Below are positions 17,829 to 26,026 of a stretch of DNA of 50,152 nt, piece by piece (within the stretch, counting starts at the first letter, position 1; every line of letters begins with the position of its first letter). The translations under genes were made by a program, and so were the position numbers. The stretch is from a virus (lineage: Duplodnaviria; Caudoviricetes), in the IMG/VR virus record IMGVR_UViG_3300018031_000009, positions 1-50,152 of that record; one strand, given 5' to 3'. The notes beneath the pieces are model-generated. The model ran no database searches. It had not been told where the DNA came from and worked only from the letters and a program-made list of their open reading frames with translations.

Positions 17829-18787
17829 TACTTGTCTCCCCCAGAGAGCCACTTCTGGGCCTCGTTGAACTTCTCGAACGGGAACGCGGCGACCAGGACG
17901 CCGTACTTCGCGCGGAGGTCCTCCTCCGTCTTGCCGGCGCGGGCCAGGCTCGCGGTGAGGATGCGTTGCTGTGCCGGCTTGAGCGGCGTGTGTGGCGCCG
18001 CCCCTGGTGCCGCAGGGGGAAGTTCCGCGCCAACGGGAGGAGGACCATCAGCGACAGACTGCGACACGGGGGCGGCATTGACGGGGTCCGCAACGGCCGG
18101 CTGCTGAGTCGCCACAGGAGCCACCCGCGGGGCATCTACGACAGTTGCCGGCGTTGCGGATTCGGTGAGGGACTTCGGCCCCTCGACGCGTACCGACTCG
18201 ACATCGATCGCATCGTTGAGGGCCTTGCCGTGCATTTCCTCGGCGGTCGGGCCGCCGCAGAGCTTCGGGAACGCGCGCCGGAGCGCCTGGGCTTCCGCGC
18301 ACTTCTCGAGCTGGCCGATGGGGCGCTTCGTCCACATCGCGTTTGGGACTTTCGTGTCCCTCCCCTTCGTGGCGTAGGTCTCGGTCCAGAACACCTTGGC
18401 TGGAAACTCCGCGACCTGGCCCTGCACGAGCCGCTTCACCACGATGCGCGCCCACTCGGGATAGTCGATCGTGAAGTCGGCGACGGTGAGCGTTTGCATC
18501 GTGCCGTACTCGGTGTCGCTCAGGCCGATGTACTCGCCCGTGGACTCGGCTTTCTGCCGGTAGTAGTCCACCGAGGGCATGATGACGTCGCGGTAGCCGT
18601 TCGACTTCTTGTCGAACATCGGAACGATGTGGCAGGGTTTATCTAGGGGGTCCACTCCACGCGCTTCGCACCACCCGAGGACCATTTCGATCGATTCCAG
18701 CGCCGCGCCGGGATAGAGACTCGATTGGAGGACCAGGAGCGCCTTCGTGCGGTCCATCTTGAAAATCGGGAAGTTGTGGTCGTTCAC
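17828..18787 (-). CDS. bet: Bet/RecT-family ssDNA annealing recombinase
   Basis: SLYPGA...C...GVDP...HIVPM...YR..A..TGEY.G and MWTKRPIGQLEKCAEAQALRRAFP. Confidence 0.92.
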   Translation of the reverse strand: MNDHNFPIFKMDRTKALLVLQSSLYPGAALESIEMVLGWCEARGVDPLDKPCHIVPMFDKKSNGYRDVIMPSVDYYRQKAESTGEYIGLSDTEYGTMQTLTVADFTIDYPEWARIVVKRLVQGQVAEFPAKVFWTETYATKGRDTKVPNAMWTKRPIGQLEKCAEAQALRRAFPKLCGGPTAEEMHGKALNDAIDVESVRVEGPKSLTESATPATVVDAPRVAPVATQQPAVADPVNAAPVSQSVADGPPPVGAELPPAAPGAAPHTPLKPAQQRILTASLARAGKTEEDLRAKYGVLVAAFPFEKFNEAQKWLSGGDK

Positions 18788-18797
18788 CGATTCGCCC

Positions 18798-18989
18798 TCA
18801 CTTCTTCCCCCTCTTGGCGGCGGCCTCGCGGTCCGCGATGATCCTGGCGGCCTCGGCGGCGATGCGGGTCTCAACGCGCTCGATGGCTTCGCGCGCGAGG
18901 TACTCGTAGTGCGGCTGGAGGAGGTAGACGGTCCCGAGGACCAGCAGGCCCCCGAAGAACCCAGCGAGCGCGTGAGAGACGCCGCTCAC
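18798..18989 (-). CDS. Small membrane-anchored protein
   Basis: N-terminal hydrophobic helix; GTGA coupling. Confidence 0.6.
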   Translation of the reverse strand: MSGVSHALAGFFGGLLVLGTVYLLQPHYEYLAREAIERVETRIAAEAARIIADREAAAKRGKK

Positions 18990-19051
18990 CTGGAGAACCA
19001 GGTCGCGGCGCTCGCCGCGATCAGGCTGATGAATACGATGAACGTGAGCAT
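18986..19051 (-). CDS. 21-aa hydrophobic peptide, first gene of the left operon
   Basis: MLTFIVFISLIAASAATWFSR; stop is coupled to the next GTG. Confidence 0.45.
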   Translation of the reverse strand: MLTFIVFISLIAASAATWFSR

Positions 19052-19058
19052 GGCGCGG

Positions 19059-19087
19059 AGCCTAGTCAACCGTTGCTCTCATGTCAA
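19059..19087 (-). promoter_or_regulatory. sigma70-type early-left promoter (PL-like)
   Basis: TTGACA (19087-19082) - 17 bp - TAGGCT (19064-19059) on the minus strand. Confidence 0.75.
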
Positions 19088-19115
19088 GAAGAAAATGACT
19101 AGTGTCGAAGACCCG

Positions 19116-19301
19116 TCAGATACGGGACGGGAAACGGATGACGTTCGGGGGAAGTTCGGGGGGTGAGACGCTTGCCGCGGCCTCGACATAGAGGATGACC
19201 AGCGGCTTGTCGTTGCGGTGCAGGCGGCGGTACATCTTGAGCAGGTACGCCTCGTCCTCGGGGAGGGGAGGGGGGGCGGTAGTAACCAGTTGCTTGGTCA
19301 T
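19116..19301 (-). CDS. Small protein resembling an XRE-repressor C-terminal domain
   Basis: EDEAYLLKMYRRL...KPLVILYVEAA and C-terminal NVIRFP; downstream of the repressor. Confidence 0.6.
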   Translation of the reverse strand: MTKQLVTTAPPPLPEDEAYLLKMYRRLHRNDKPLVILYVEAAASVSPPELPPNVIRFPSRI

Positions 19302-19337
19302 GTCAGCATGCTGCTCTCCCGCCTTTGGATTGGTGAA

Positions 19338-19715
19338 TTATGCCTGGGCTCTGCTGCGCTGCTGCTGGCGCGCGATCTCGCGGCGGGCCGCTTCGACGGC
19401 GTTGTCGAGGATTCGACGCCCGTCCGCCGTGGTGTTGGTGTAGGTCCAGACGACGCTCTTGATGTTGTCGGTGCAATTTGGCACCAGGAGCTCCCAGACC
19501 TCGGCGCCGAAGGCGTGCGCCACCTTCTCGACGTTGGACAGCAGCGGATCGTGGCGGGCGTTGAGGAGGTTGTTGACCGTCTTCTGCGGCACGCCGGCTG
19601 CCTTGCCGATCTTCACGCTGGACATCAGCCAGGGCCGGGCGGCACGCAGCCTGTCGAGATTTCCACGGATGAACGTCATGGTCGAGCCCTCCGGCAACCG
19701 CTTACGTCCGCGCAC
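19338..19715 (-). CDS. XRE-family HTH repressor (CI-like, no S24 peptidase domain)
   Basis: NLDRLR...IGKAAGVPQKTVNNLL...PLLSNVEKVAHAFGAEVWELL; AGGAGG RBS; divergent from the replication genes. Confidence 0.85.
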   Translation of the reverse strand: MRGRKRLPEGSTMTFIRGNLDRLRAARPWLMSSVKIGKAAGVPQKTVNNLLNARHDPLLSNVEKVAHAFGAEVWELLVPNCTDNIKSVVWTYTNTTADGRRILDNAVEAARREIARQQQRSRAQA

Positions 19716-19790
19716 ACCACCTCCTAGTCGTCAGCGTCACACGCGGATCACACCACGGGGCTGGTGCGCTGTCAAGTCGGCCATCAGGAC

Positions 19791-19819
19791 TTGCAAACCT
19801 AGTAAAGCACGCCTATCCT
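19791..19819 (+). promoter_or_regulatory. sigma70-type rightward promoter (PR-like)
   Basis: TTGCAA (19791-19796) - 17 bp - TATCCT (19814-19819), with CCTAGTAA in the spacer. Confidence 0.7.
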
Positions 19820-19833
19820 ACACCTTCACCCCT

Positions 19834-20241
19834 ATGGACGAAGCCTCGTTCGTATCACACTTCCCAGGCGCGCGCCCCGCGGGCCGAGGGAAGTACACCG
19901 TGCGCTGTCCCGCGCACGATGACCGCGATCCCTCGCTGTCGATCGCGTTTCTCCCCGACGGTCGCGTGCTCGTTCACTGCCATGCTGGATGCGAAGCGGC
20001 AAGCGTAGTCGCGGCCGCCGGGCTCACGATGGAATCGCTCTTCCCCGAGGGCGTGAAGGTGCGCGACTACATGCCGGGCGGCGGCCCGTCGCGGCGCGAG
20101 CGGCGCACGCTTGACGACGAGGTACGCATCATCGCCATCGCGAAGGCGGATCTGGCCCTCGGGAAGAAGCTCTCCGAGCCCGACCAGGCGCGGGTGCGAA
20201 CCGCGGCCGATCGTCTGCGGCGCGCCGGGAGGGCGGCGTGA
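19834..20241 (+). CDS. Stand-alone primase-type CHC2 zinc-finger protein
   Basis: CPAHDDRDPSLSI...VHCHAGC; no TOPRIM domain follows. Confidence 0.85.
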   Translation: MDEASFVSHFPGARPAGRGKYTVRCPAHDDRDPSLSIAFLPDGRVLVHCHAGCEAASVVAAAGLTMESLFPEGVKVRDYMPGGGPSRRERRTLDDEVRIIAIAKADLALGKKLSEPDQARVRTAADRLRRAGRAA

Positions 20242-20498
20242 CGTCGTACTACAACGGGAAATTTGTCGACTTCACGCAGGCCGTCCAGCGGACTGGCGCG
20301 AAGACTCACACCTGGGCTGTGCTTACCGTCCAGGGCCACATCCCCGTCGGGGCGGTCAAGTGGTTCGGCCGCTGGCGCGGTTACGCCTTCTTCCCGTCAG
20401 CCGAGACCGTGTTCGAGCAGCACTGCCTACGCGACATTGCTCGCTTCTGCGAAGAACGGACCCGCGAGCATCGCCTGGCCCGGAGGGTGGCGGCGTGA
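20238..20498 (+). CDS. Hypothetical protein
   Basis: GTGA coupling at both ends; WFGRWRGYAFFP motif. Confidence 0.7.
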   Translation: MTSYYNGKFVDFTQAVQRTGAKTHTWAVLTVQGHIPVGAVKWFGRWRGYAFFPSAETVFEQHCLRDIARFCEERTREHRLARRVAA

Positions 20499-21094
20499 GC
20501 GACGGCGTCCGGTACTTCCGCGTCCGCAACTTCGAGCGGTTTCAGCACTACCGGGACCGCTCCCCGCCGTGGATCAAGCTCTACAACACCGTGCTCGAGG
20601 ACTACCACTACACCCGCTTGCCGGACGCTGCGCGATCGCACGTCGTTGCTATCTGGTTGCTAGCAAGTCGCACCAGTAACCGTATCCCCATGGATGCAAG
20701 TTGGGTGCAAGCAGCTATCAAGGCCACGGGGCCGGTAGACCTGGAACTACTGGAAAAACAGGGGTTTATCGTTGTGGAGCAGAGTGCTAGCGAGGCGCCA
20801 GCAAACCGCTCCGGTCACCGTACAGAGAGAGAGAGCAGAGGAGAGAGAGAGCAGACACGCGCTGCGCGCGCGGTGTTCACACCCCCCTCACTCGAGGAGG
20901 TGCGGGTCTTCGTCGCCGCGGAGAAGCTGAACGTGGACCCGGAGACGTTCGTCAGCCACTTCAAGTCGAACGGCTGGAAGGTTGGCGGCAAAGCCCCGAT
21001 GAAGGACTGGCAGGCCGCATGCCACACCTGGTCGTCGCGGAAGGGTAAGGAGCAGCCGCCGGCCGTCCGGCCAGAACCGCGCGGGTTGATTTGA
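20495..21094 (+). CDS. Phage replication initiator (O-like)
   Basis: NFERFQHYRDRSPPWIKL N-domain; FTPPSLEEV...F..HF.SNGWKVG...MKDWQAA..TW C-domain. Confidence 0.8.
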   Translation: MSDGVRYFRVRNFERFQHYRDRSPPWIKLYNTVLEDYHYTRLPDAARSHVVAIWLLASRTSNRIPMDASWVQAAIKATGPVDLELLEKQGFIVVEQSASEAPANRSGHRTERESRGEREQTRAARAVFTPPSLEEVRVFVAAEKLNVDPETFVSHFKSNGWKVGGKAPMKDWQAACHTWSSRKGKEQPPAVRPEPRGLI

Positions 21095-21096
21095 CC

Positions 21097-22107
21097 ATGC
21101 AAGTCCTCAACGAGATCATCACCGAGTCGGACATCGCGAAGGTCCTGGACGCCATCGAGCTCCAGGAGGTCCGGCCGGCGTCGGACTGGTGCTCGAAGCT
21201 GCTGCTGCCCGATCCCTCCGCGCAGGGCCGGATGCTGCCGTGGGGGAAGGCGCACGGCAAGTTCGATCTGCGTCCAGGCGAGGTGACGATCTGGGCGGGC
21301 GAGAACGGCGCCGGCAAGAGCGGCGCGATCGGCCAAGTGATCGCGTGGCAGCAGCCGAGGTGCCGGGCGATGATCGCCTCGATGGAGATGCCGCCGGTCC
21401 TCACGTTGCGGCGGATGGCGAACCAGATGTTCGGCGGCCCGGCGCCGCGCGAGTTCGCGGCGATGTTCGCCGACTGGACCGGCTACGGCGAGGAGTCGCG
21501 GCTGTTCATCTACGATCAGCTCGACACGGTGCCGGCGAAGAAGATCCTTGCGGTCACGCGCCTCGCGGCCGAGCGGCTGCGGCTCCACGACATCGTGATC
21601 GACTCGCTGACGAAGTGCGGCGTCTCCGGGCGCGACAAGTACGACCAGCAAATCGCGTTCGTGGACCGGCTCGCGTGGATTGCGAAATCGACCGGCGTCC
21701 ACATCCACCTGATCTGCCACCTCCGCAAAGGCGAGGACCAGTACGGTGCGCCGAATAAGTGGGACGTGCGCGGCCCCGGCGAGCTGACGGACCTGGTAGA
21801 CAACGTCGTGCTCATGTGGCGTAACCGCGCGAAGGAAGAGGCCGAAGAGGCGGTCGCGCTCGACAAGACGGTCGCGGAGGACATCGCGAAGCAGTGCGAC
21901 GTCTACCTCAAGCTCGGGAAGCAACGGCATTTCCCGTGGGAGGGGACGCTCGGGCTCTACTTCGACAAGCGATCTGGTCAGCTCACGCCGCGCCAAGACC
22001 GCGCGCCGATGCCGTGGCCCGCGGCCGGGAAGCCGGTGCCGTTCGAGTATCGAGCGGCGGACGCCGCGCCAGACCGAGTGACCGATGAAGGTTTCGAGGA
22101 ATTCTAG
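21097..22107 (+). CDS. SF4 (DnaB/T7 gp4-like) replicative helicase without primase domain
   Basis: AGENGAGKS, ASMEM, IVIDSL, CHLRK, DVRGPG...DNV. Confidence 0.9.
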   Translation: MQVLNEIITESDIAKVLDAIELQEVRPASDWCSKLLLPDPSAQGRMLPWGKAHGKFDLRPGEVTIWAGENGAGKSGAIGQVIAWQQPRCRAMIASMEMPPVLTLRRMANQMFGGPAPREFAAMFADWTGYGEESRLFIYDQLDTVPAKKILAVTRLAAERLRLHDIVIDSLTKCGVSGRDKYDQQIAFVDRLAWIAKSTGVHIHLICHLRKGEDQYGAPNKWDVRGPGELTDLVDNVVLMWRNRAKEEAEEAVALDKTVAEDIAKQCDVYLKLGKQRHFPWEGTLGLYFDKRSGQLTPRQDRAPMPWPAAGKPVPFEYRAADAAPDRVTDEGFEEF

Positions 22108-22110
22108 ATC

Positions 22111-22227
22111 GTGGAGATCGCCTGGATCATTTTCGAGTTTGGCGCACTTGTATTCTTCGCCGGGCTTGGGCTCTGGTGGATCGTGTTCAAGACGTTCGAG
22201 TACCTTGACGAAGACCGACGCGACTAA
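22111..22227 (+). CDS. 38-aa membrane peptide
   Basis: MEIAWIIFEFGALVFFAGLGLWWIVFKTF...; GAGGA RBS. Confidence 0.5.
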   Translation: MEIAWIIFEFGALVFFAGLGLWWIVFKTFEYLDEDRRD

Positions 22228-22261
22228 CCCGTTTCGACTTGGACCATACCGAGACCAACCC

Positions 22262-22531
22262 ATGATCCCGCCAGAGAAGCTCGCCGAGCTTGAGCTCAAG
22301 CACCCGGGCACGATCATCGTGGGCACGGTGAACAAGTCGAACGGGCTCAAATCCGTCGTCTACTTCCCGCGCTCGCTGAAGACGATCGAGCTGCTCATCG
22401 CCCGCTTCGGGTTCGGCGAGGAGCTGCACGGCTCGGTCATGCACATCAACCCGCCGAAGGAGCCCGGTGAGGTCGCGATCGGTTCGCCGCTGACGAGCGC
22501 GCCGCCGGAGCTGACGAAGAGGTCGACGTGA
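22262..22531 (+). CDS. Hypothetical protein
   Basis: Stop is coupled to the next GTG. Confidence 0.6.
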   Translation: MIPPEKLAELELKHPGTIIVGTVNKSNGLKSVVYFPRSLKTIELLIARFGFGEELHGSVMHINPPKEPGEVAIGSPLTSAPPELTKRST

Positions 22532-23040
22532 ACTGCCGTCGCTGCGCCAACATCCGAACCCGCCTGGTGGATTGGTTCATCGCGCTCTGCTGCCGCTACG
22601 GTCGCGAGGATCACCTCATGGACATCGACGGCAACGGGCACTACATGCGCCGCTGGGAGTTGATCCGCACGCCTTGGTTCGGCGTCCGGCTACACAACAC
22701 GCTGCGCCCCGACCTGGACAGGTATCTGCACGACCACCCCTGGGCCAACGTGTCGATCATCCTCAAGGGCTTCTACGTCGAGGCGCTTCCGCTGTTCGAC
22801 GAGCCGACGTTCGTGATGCACGCATGGCGTGGCGTGATGGTTGAGCCAGTGCGGAATGTCACCCGCGAGGCCGGTGCCGTGATCTTCCGGCGCGCCTGCG
22901 ATCGGCACAGCCTGACCGCGCTCTCGTGCGTGCCGTGCTGGTCGCTGTTCATCGTCGGCCCGCATAGGCGGGGATGGTGTTTCTACACGCCCGCAGGCAT
23001 GGTGCCGGCGGACGAATACAAAGCGAAAGGGAAACAGTGA
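22528..23040 (+). CDS. Cupin-like HDHPW-motif protein
   Basis: LHDHPW...SIILKGFYVE...FRRA...HSL...WSLFIVGP. Confidence 0.7.
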   Translation: MNCRRCANIRTRLVDWFIALCCRYGREDHLMDIDGNGHYMRRWELIRTPWFGVRLHNTLRPDLDRYLHDHPWANVSIILKGFYVEALPLFDEPTFVMHAWRGVMVEPVRNVTREAGAVIFRRACDRHSLTALSCVPCWSLFIVGPHRRGWCFYTPAGMVPADEYKAKGKQ

Positions 23041-23378
23041 GCACACCTACCGAAGAAGGCATCCAGGTCGGCGACGAGCGGAGCGTCCCCGCGGCGCTCG
23101 AGGAGCAACCGCGGCGCGGCCGGGCGTTGGATGCCTCGGAGCTGGCGGCGATGGAAGCCGTGCAGCAGCGCGGCGCCTCGAGCGTCATCGACGTCGAGAT
23201 CAACGCCGCGATCGAGCGCCTCCTCGACGGGGGCATCAAGGTTGCGGAGTTCGCTGTCGTGGTGCAGACAGCCGAGGGCGGCGTCAACGTCACGTCCAGT
23301 CACGGCGTCATGGGCGCGATCGGGATGCTGGCAAGGGGCGACGCCCTCGCTCGCAAAATCATGTTGATGCAGAAGTGA
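23037..23378 (+). CDS. Hypothetical protein
   Basis: GTGA coupling at both ends. Confidence 0.65.
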   Translation: MSTPTEEGIQVGDERSVPAALEEQPRRGRALDASELAAMEAVQQRGASSVIDVEINAAIERLLDGGIKVAEFAVVVQTAEGGVNVTSSHGVMGAIGMLARGDALARKIMLMQK

Positions 23379-23941
23379 GCCACGAGGGCGACATCTTCCT
23401 GCGAATCTCCGCGGCCATCGGGTCGGGGAGATCGCTGGTCTTCATCGGCGAAATGCAGCTCGCCGGGTGGCAGGACTCGCACAACGGCGGGTCCAAGGTG
23501 ACGCTCTGGCTGCCGGACGCGGAGGCGCTCGAATGCTTCCGCGACCTGACCGCCCGCAAGGGCAAGATGGCAGGACAGCGGCTCGCCGTCGTGATGATGG
23601 AAGTTCTCGACGACGAGTCATTCGGTTCCACACCGGCTGCGCCTAAGGCTTCCGAGCCCGTCGGGCGGGCGCAGCCGGTTGTGGAGCCGAGCGGCCCGGC
23701 GTGTGCCTGGCTAGTAATCCGTTGCCGGGAGCCGGTGTTTCAGACCTGGCTCGCCCACATCTACCCGGCGCTGTGGTTGAAGCACGATTTCCAGAACGCG
23801 GAGCCCCGGGCGCGCAAGGTTGTGCTCGACCTGTTGCAAGTCAACTCCCGAAAGGATGTGGATGGCGACGAACTGGCGCTGCGCCGCTTCAACCACCTTC
23901 GCGTCGCCTACGCGAAGCACCTCGAGTCGCGGGTGGTTTGA
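23375..23941 (+). CDS. Hypothetical protein (nin-like region)
   Basis: Coupled at both ends. Confidence 0.7.
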   Translation: MSHEGDIFLRISAAIGSGRSLVFIGEMQLAGWQDSHNGGSKVTLWLPDAEALECFRDLTARKGKMAGQRLAVVMMEVLDDESFGSTPAAPKASEPVGRAQPVVEPSGPACAWLVIRCREPVFQTWLAHIYPALWLKHDFQNAEPRARKVVLDLLQVNSRKDVDGDELALRRFNHLRVAYAKHLESRVV

Positions 23942-24324
23942 TGTACGTCACCTACAACAACGCGCAGCCCGAGGGCTCTTTCCGGCCCGCAGTCGACTTC
24001 GAGCTCATCCACGAGCGCCCGCTGGAGGTGATTCCGTACGTCCGCCTCGCGGCGACGATGTTGAATCAAGGCGTCAACGACAGCCGGATCAACACCTGGA
24101 CCGAGGTCAACCGCAAGCGTCGTGGGCGCAAGGCGCGGCCGGGTTTGCCGCTGACGCCGATCGAGCGCATGCGTGAGGACGCGCGCGGCTGGCTACTCAG
24201 CGACAGCGAGCGTCCATACGGGTTCGCATGGTGCTGCCGCTTGCTTGGACGCGATCCTACGGAGACGCGCGCCAAGGCGTTTACGGCTCCGCGCACGATG
24301 CACTACGTCCCCCTGATGACATGA
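23941..24324 (+). CDS. Hypothetical protein (A..WL...F...C..L..DP motif)
   Basis: TGATG and ATGA coupling. Confidence 0.7.
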   Translation: MYVTYNNAQPEGSFRPAVDFELIHERPLEVIPYVRLAATMLNQGVNDSRINTWTEVNRKRRGRKARPGLPLTPIERMREDARGWLLSDSERPYGFAWCCRLLGRDPTETRAKAFTAPRTMHYVPLMT

Positions 24325-24704
24325 CCCCGAATCAGCGCAGCGTCGTGCGACTCCGCGGTCTGGGCTACGACCCGATCGAGACGGTCGAGCATCGCATCCG
24401 CGGGCGCCGCTCCAAGGATCTGTGGGGCGGTGATGTTCTGGCGATTCGTTCGGCGCGGCCAGTGGGTCCAAGGATGCACTCGTGGTTCGTCGGCGAGACC
24501 TTGCTCGTGCAGGCGACCAGCGACAACGGCGGCAACGTCGCGGCGCGGGTGCGGAAGCTCATCGGGCTGCCGTCGACGGCGCGGCTGCTCGCGGCTGGGT
24601 GGCAGATCGAGGTCCACGGATGGGAGGGGGACCAGGTGCGTATCGTTTCCATTTTGCTGCTCAACGGCGTCGTGCAGGCGCCAGGGATCAAGCTCCGTGA
24701 CTAG
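24321..24704 (+). CDS. Hjc-like PD-(D/E)XK endonuclease, putative Holliday junction resolvase
   Basis: LRGLGY...VE...DLWGGDVLA...VQATS...IEVHGW. Confidence 0.7.
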   Translation: MTPNQRSVVRLRGLGYDPIETVEHRIRGRRSKDLWGGDVLAIRSARPVGPRMHSWFVGETLLVQATSDNGGNVAARVRKLIGLPSTARLLAAGWQIEVHGWEGDQVRIVSILLLNGVVQAPGIKLRD

Positions 24705-24827
24705 ACCGATCGGCTCGACGCGCTACCTCAGTCGAGGGATGCCGCACAGCTTGAAGCGCGACCGCAAGGTGTTCGTGCTGAACATGGCGGACTTCCCGGC
24801 GTGGATGACCCAGCAACCGAGGGTGCG

Positions 24828-25175
24828 ATGGCCAGCAGTTTCCTACCTCCCGGCCTGACGTTCCGCGCCGCCCTCCAGTACGGCTATGTCGGCCGGCTGG
24901 TGTGCGAGGACTACACCCGATGGGTGAAGACGCTGGAGTGCTGCTGCGGTTGCGGGCAGCCGGCGGATGACCCGCACCACCCTAAGCTCATGGGCTTCGC
25001 TGTCGCGGGCTCGAAGGTGCCGGATTGGTGGACGATCCCGCTCGCGCGGGCTTGCCACGATGCCCTGCACCAAAACGTGGAGCTGTGGGAGCGCCGGCAC
25101 GGGCTCCAGAGCGACCACATCCTGATGACGTTGACCAGAGCCCTATGGGCTGGGGTGTTGAAATTCAACTCGTGA
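24828..25175 (+). CDS. DUF968/HNH-like protein
   Basis: YTRWVKTLECCCGCG...DDPHH...D..TIPL.R.CHDALH...WE..HG.Q. Confidence 0.8.
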   Translation: MASSFLPPGLTFRAALQYGYVGRLVCEDYTRWVKTLECCCGCGQPADDPHHPKLMGFAVAGSKVPDWWTIPLARACHDALHQNVELWERRHGLQSDHILMTLTRALWAGVLKFNS

Positions 25176-25187
25176 AGGAGTGATTTA

Positions 25188-25511
25188 GTGGAAAGCGTGA
25201 TGCTGGTTACGTTGGGGTTGGCGGTAGCGTTCTTGGCCGGAATCGCATTCGGATGGGTGGTTGCCTACCAGCGCGGCTTCCGGGCTGGCTGGACCAAGCC
25301 GTGGCGCAAGCCGCACGGGTTGAGGGAACTCGCGGAGGCGTGGGACAAGCAAAAGATCGCCGCGCGGCAAGAGCGGGTCGAGGAGGCGTGGGATAAGCAA
25401 CAGAGCCCCCCCCTCGCCGGCGGGGTTGCGCAAGGCGTCCAGATGGGACCCGGCGACGCCTTCAAGCCCGGTGACGGCCTGTACCAGCCGGTCGCCAAGA
25501 GCGAGTCGTGA
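25188..25511 (+). CDS. Membrane-anchored hypothetical protein
   Basis: AAGGAG RBS; N-terminal TM followed by YQRGFRAG. Confidence 0.7.
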   Translation: MESVMLVTLGLAVAFLAGIAFGWVVAYQRGFRAGWTKPWRKPHGLRELAEAWDKQKIAARQERVEEAWDKQQSPPLAGGVAQGVQMGPGDAFKPGDGLYQPVAKSES

Positions 25512-26026
25512 ACCGCGTAGATTGGCCGCACGTCCTCCGCTCGATCGGGCTCCAGCTCGATCCGAAGCGGCCCGTGGCGGCGCTCGCCGAGGCCCTCAAC
25601 GCCGAGGGTTTCGAGGTCTCTCGCGACACGGTCCGTAACTGGACCGGCGGGCGCAAGGGGCGCCTCACCGATCCCGACGTGGTTTTGTGGGCGTCCCGGC
25701 AAGCGATCCGCCGCGGGATCAAACTCCGGCCGCCCTTGTCCGCCATGACGGCCCAGGAGCTCCAGGACGAGGTCAACCAGCGCACCTCGAAGGTGCTCCA
25801 GGGGATTGTCCGGCGGAATCCGCCGCCGGTCGGCGGACGGCGTGGCGTGGCGGTAGCTCAGTCGGTAGAGCGCGGGGATGTGGCCCCCGTCGTCGTGGGT
25901 TCGAGCCCCACCCGTCACCCCCCGCTGCCTGCCGACGCCGCCGAGAACGCCGCCACCGCCGCGGAGTTCGCCGCGCGCGAGGTCGCGCCGGCCCCCTCAG
26001 ACGATGACGTTGGAGACGTAATGTGA
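25508..26026 (+). CDS. HTH-like protein whose 3' half overlaps a tRNA gene
   Basis: VAALAEAL...VSRDTVRNWTGG; GTGA start coupling and TGATG stop coupling. Confidence 0.6.
   Translation: MNRVDWPHVLRSIGLQLDPKRPVAALAEALNAEGFEVSRDTVRNWTGGRKGRLTDPDVVLWASRQAIRRGIKLRPPLSAMTAQELQDEVNQRTSKVLQGIVRRNPPPVGGRRGVAVAQSVERGDVAPVVVGSSPTRHPPLPADAAENAATAAEFAAREVAPAPSDDDVGDVM
25847..25919 (+). tRNA. tRNA-His (GTG)
   Basis: Acceptor GTGGCGG/CCGTCAC, D arm GCTC/GAGC, anticodon arm CGGGG-ATGTGGC-CCCCG (GTG at 25880-25882), T arm GTGGG-TTCGAGC-CCCAC, discriminator C. No encoded CCA or G-1. Confidence 0.85.

Noticed and set aside
24697-24858. Possible 53-aa ORF between the endonuclease and DUF968-like genes
   Set aside because: Overlaps both neighbours with no clear RBS or motif; insufficient support.
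25334-25400. 19-bp near-identical repeat encoding EAWDKQ twice
   Set aside because: In-frame intragenic duplication with no further structure.
25847-25919. tRNA-His as the attachment site
   Set aside because: It is a complete tRNA ~16 kb from int with phage genes on both sides; the int-adjacent region fits attP better.
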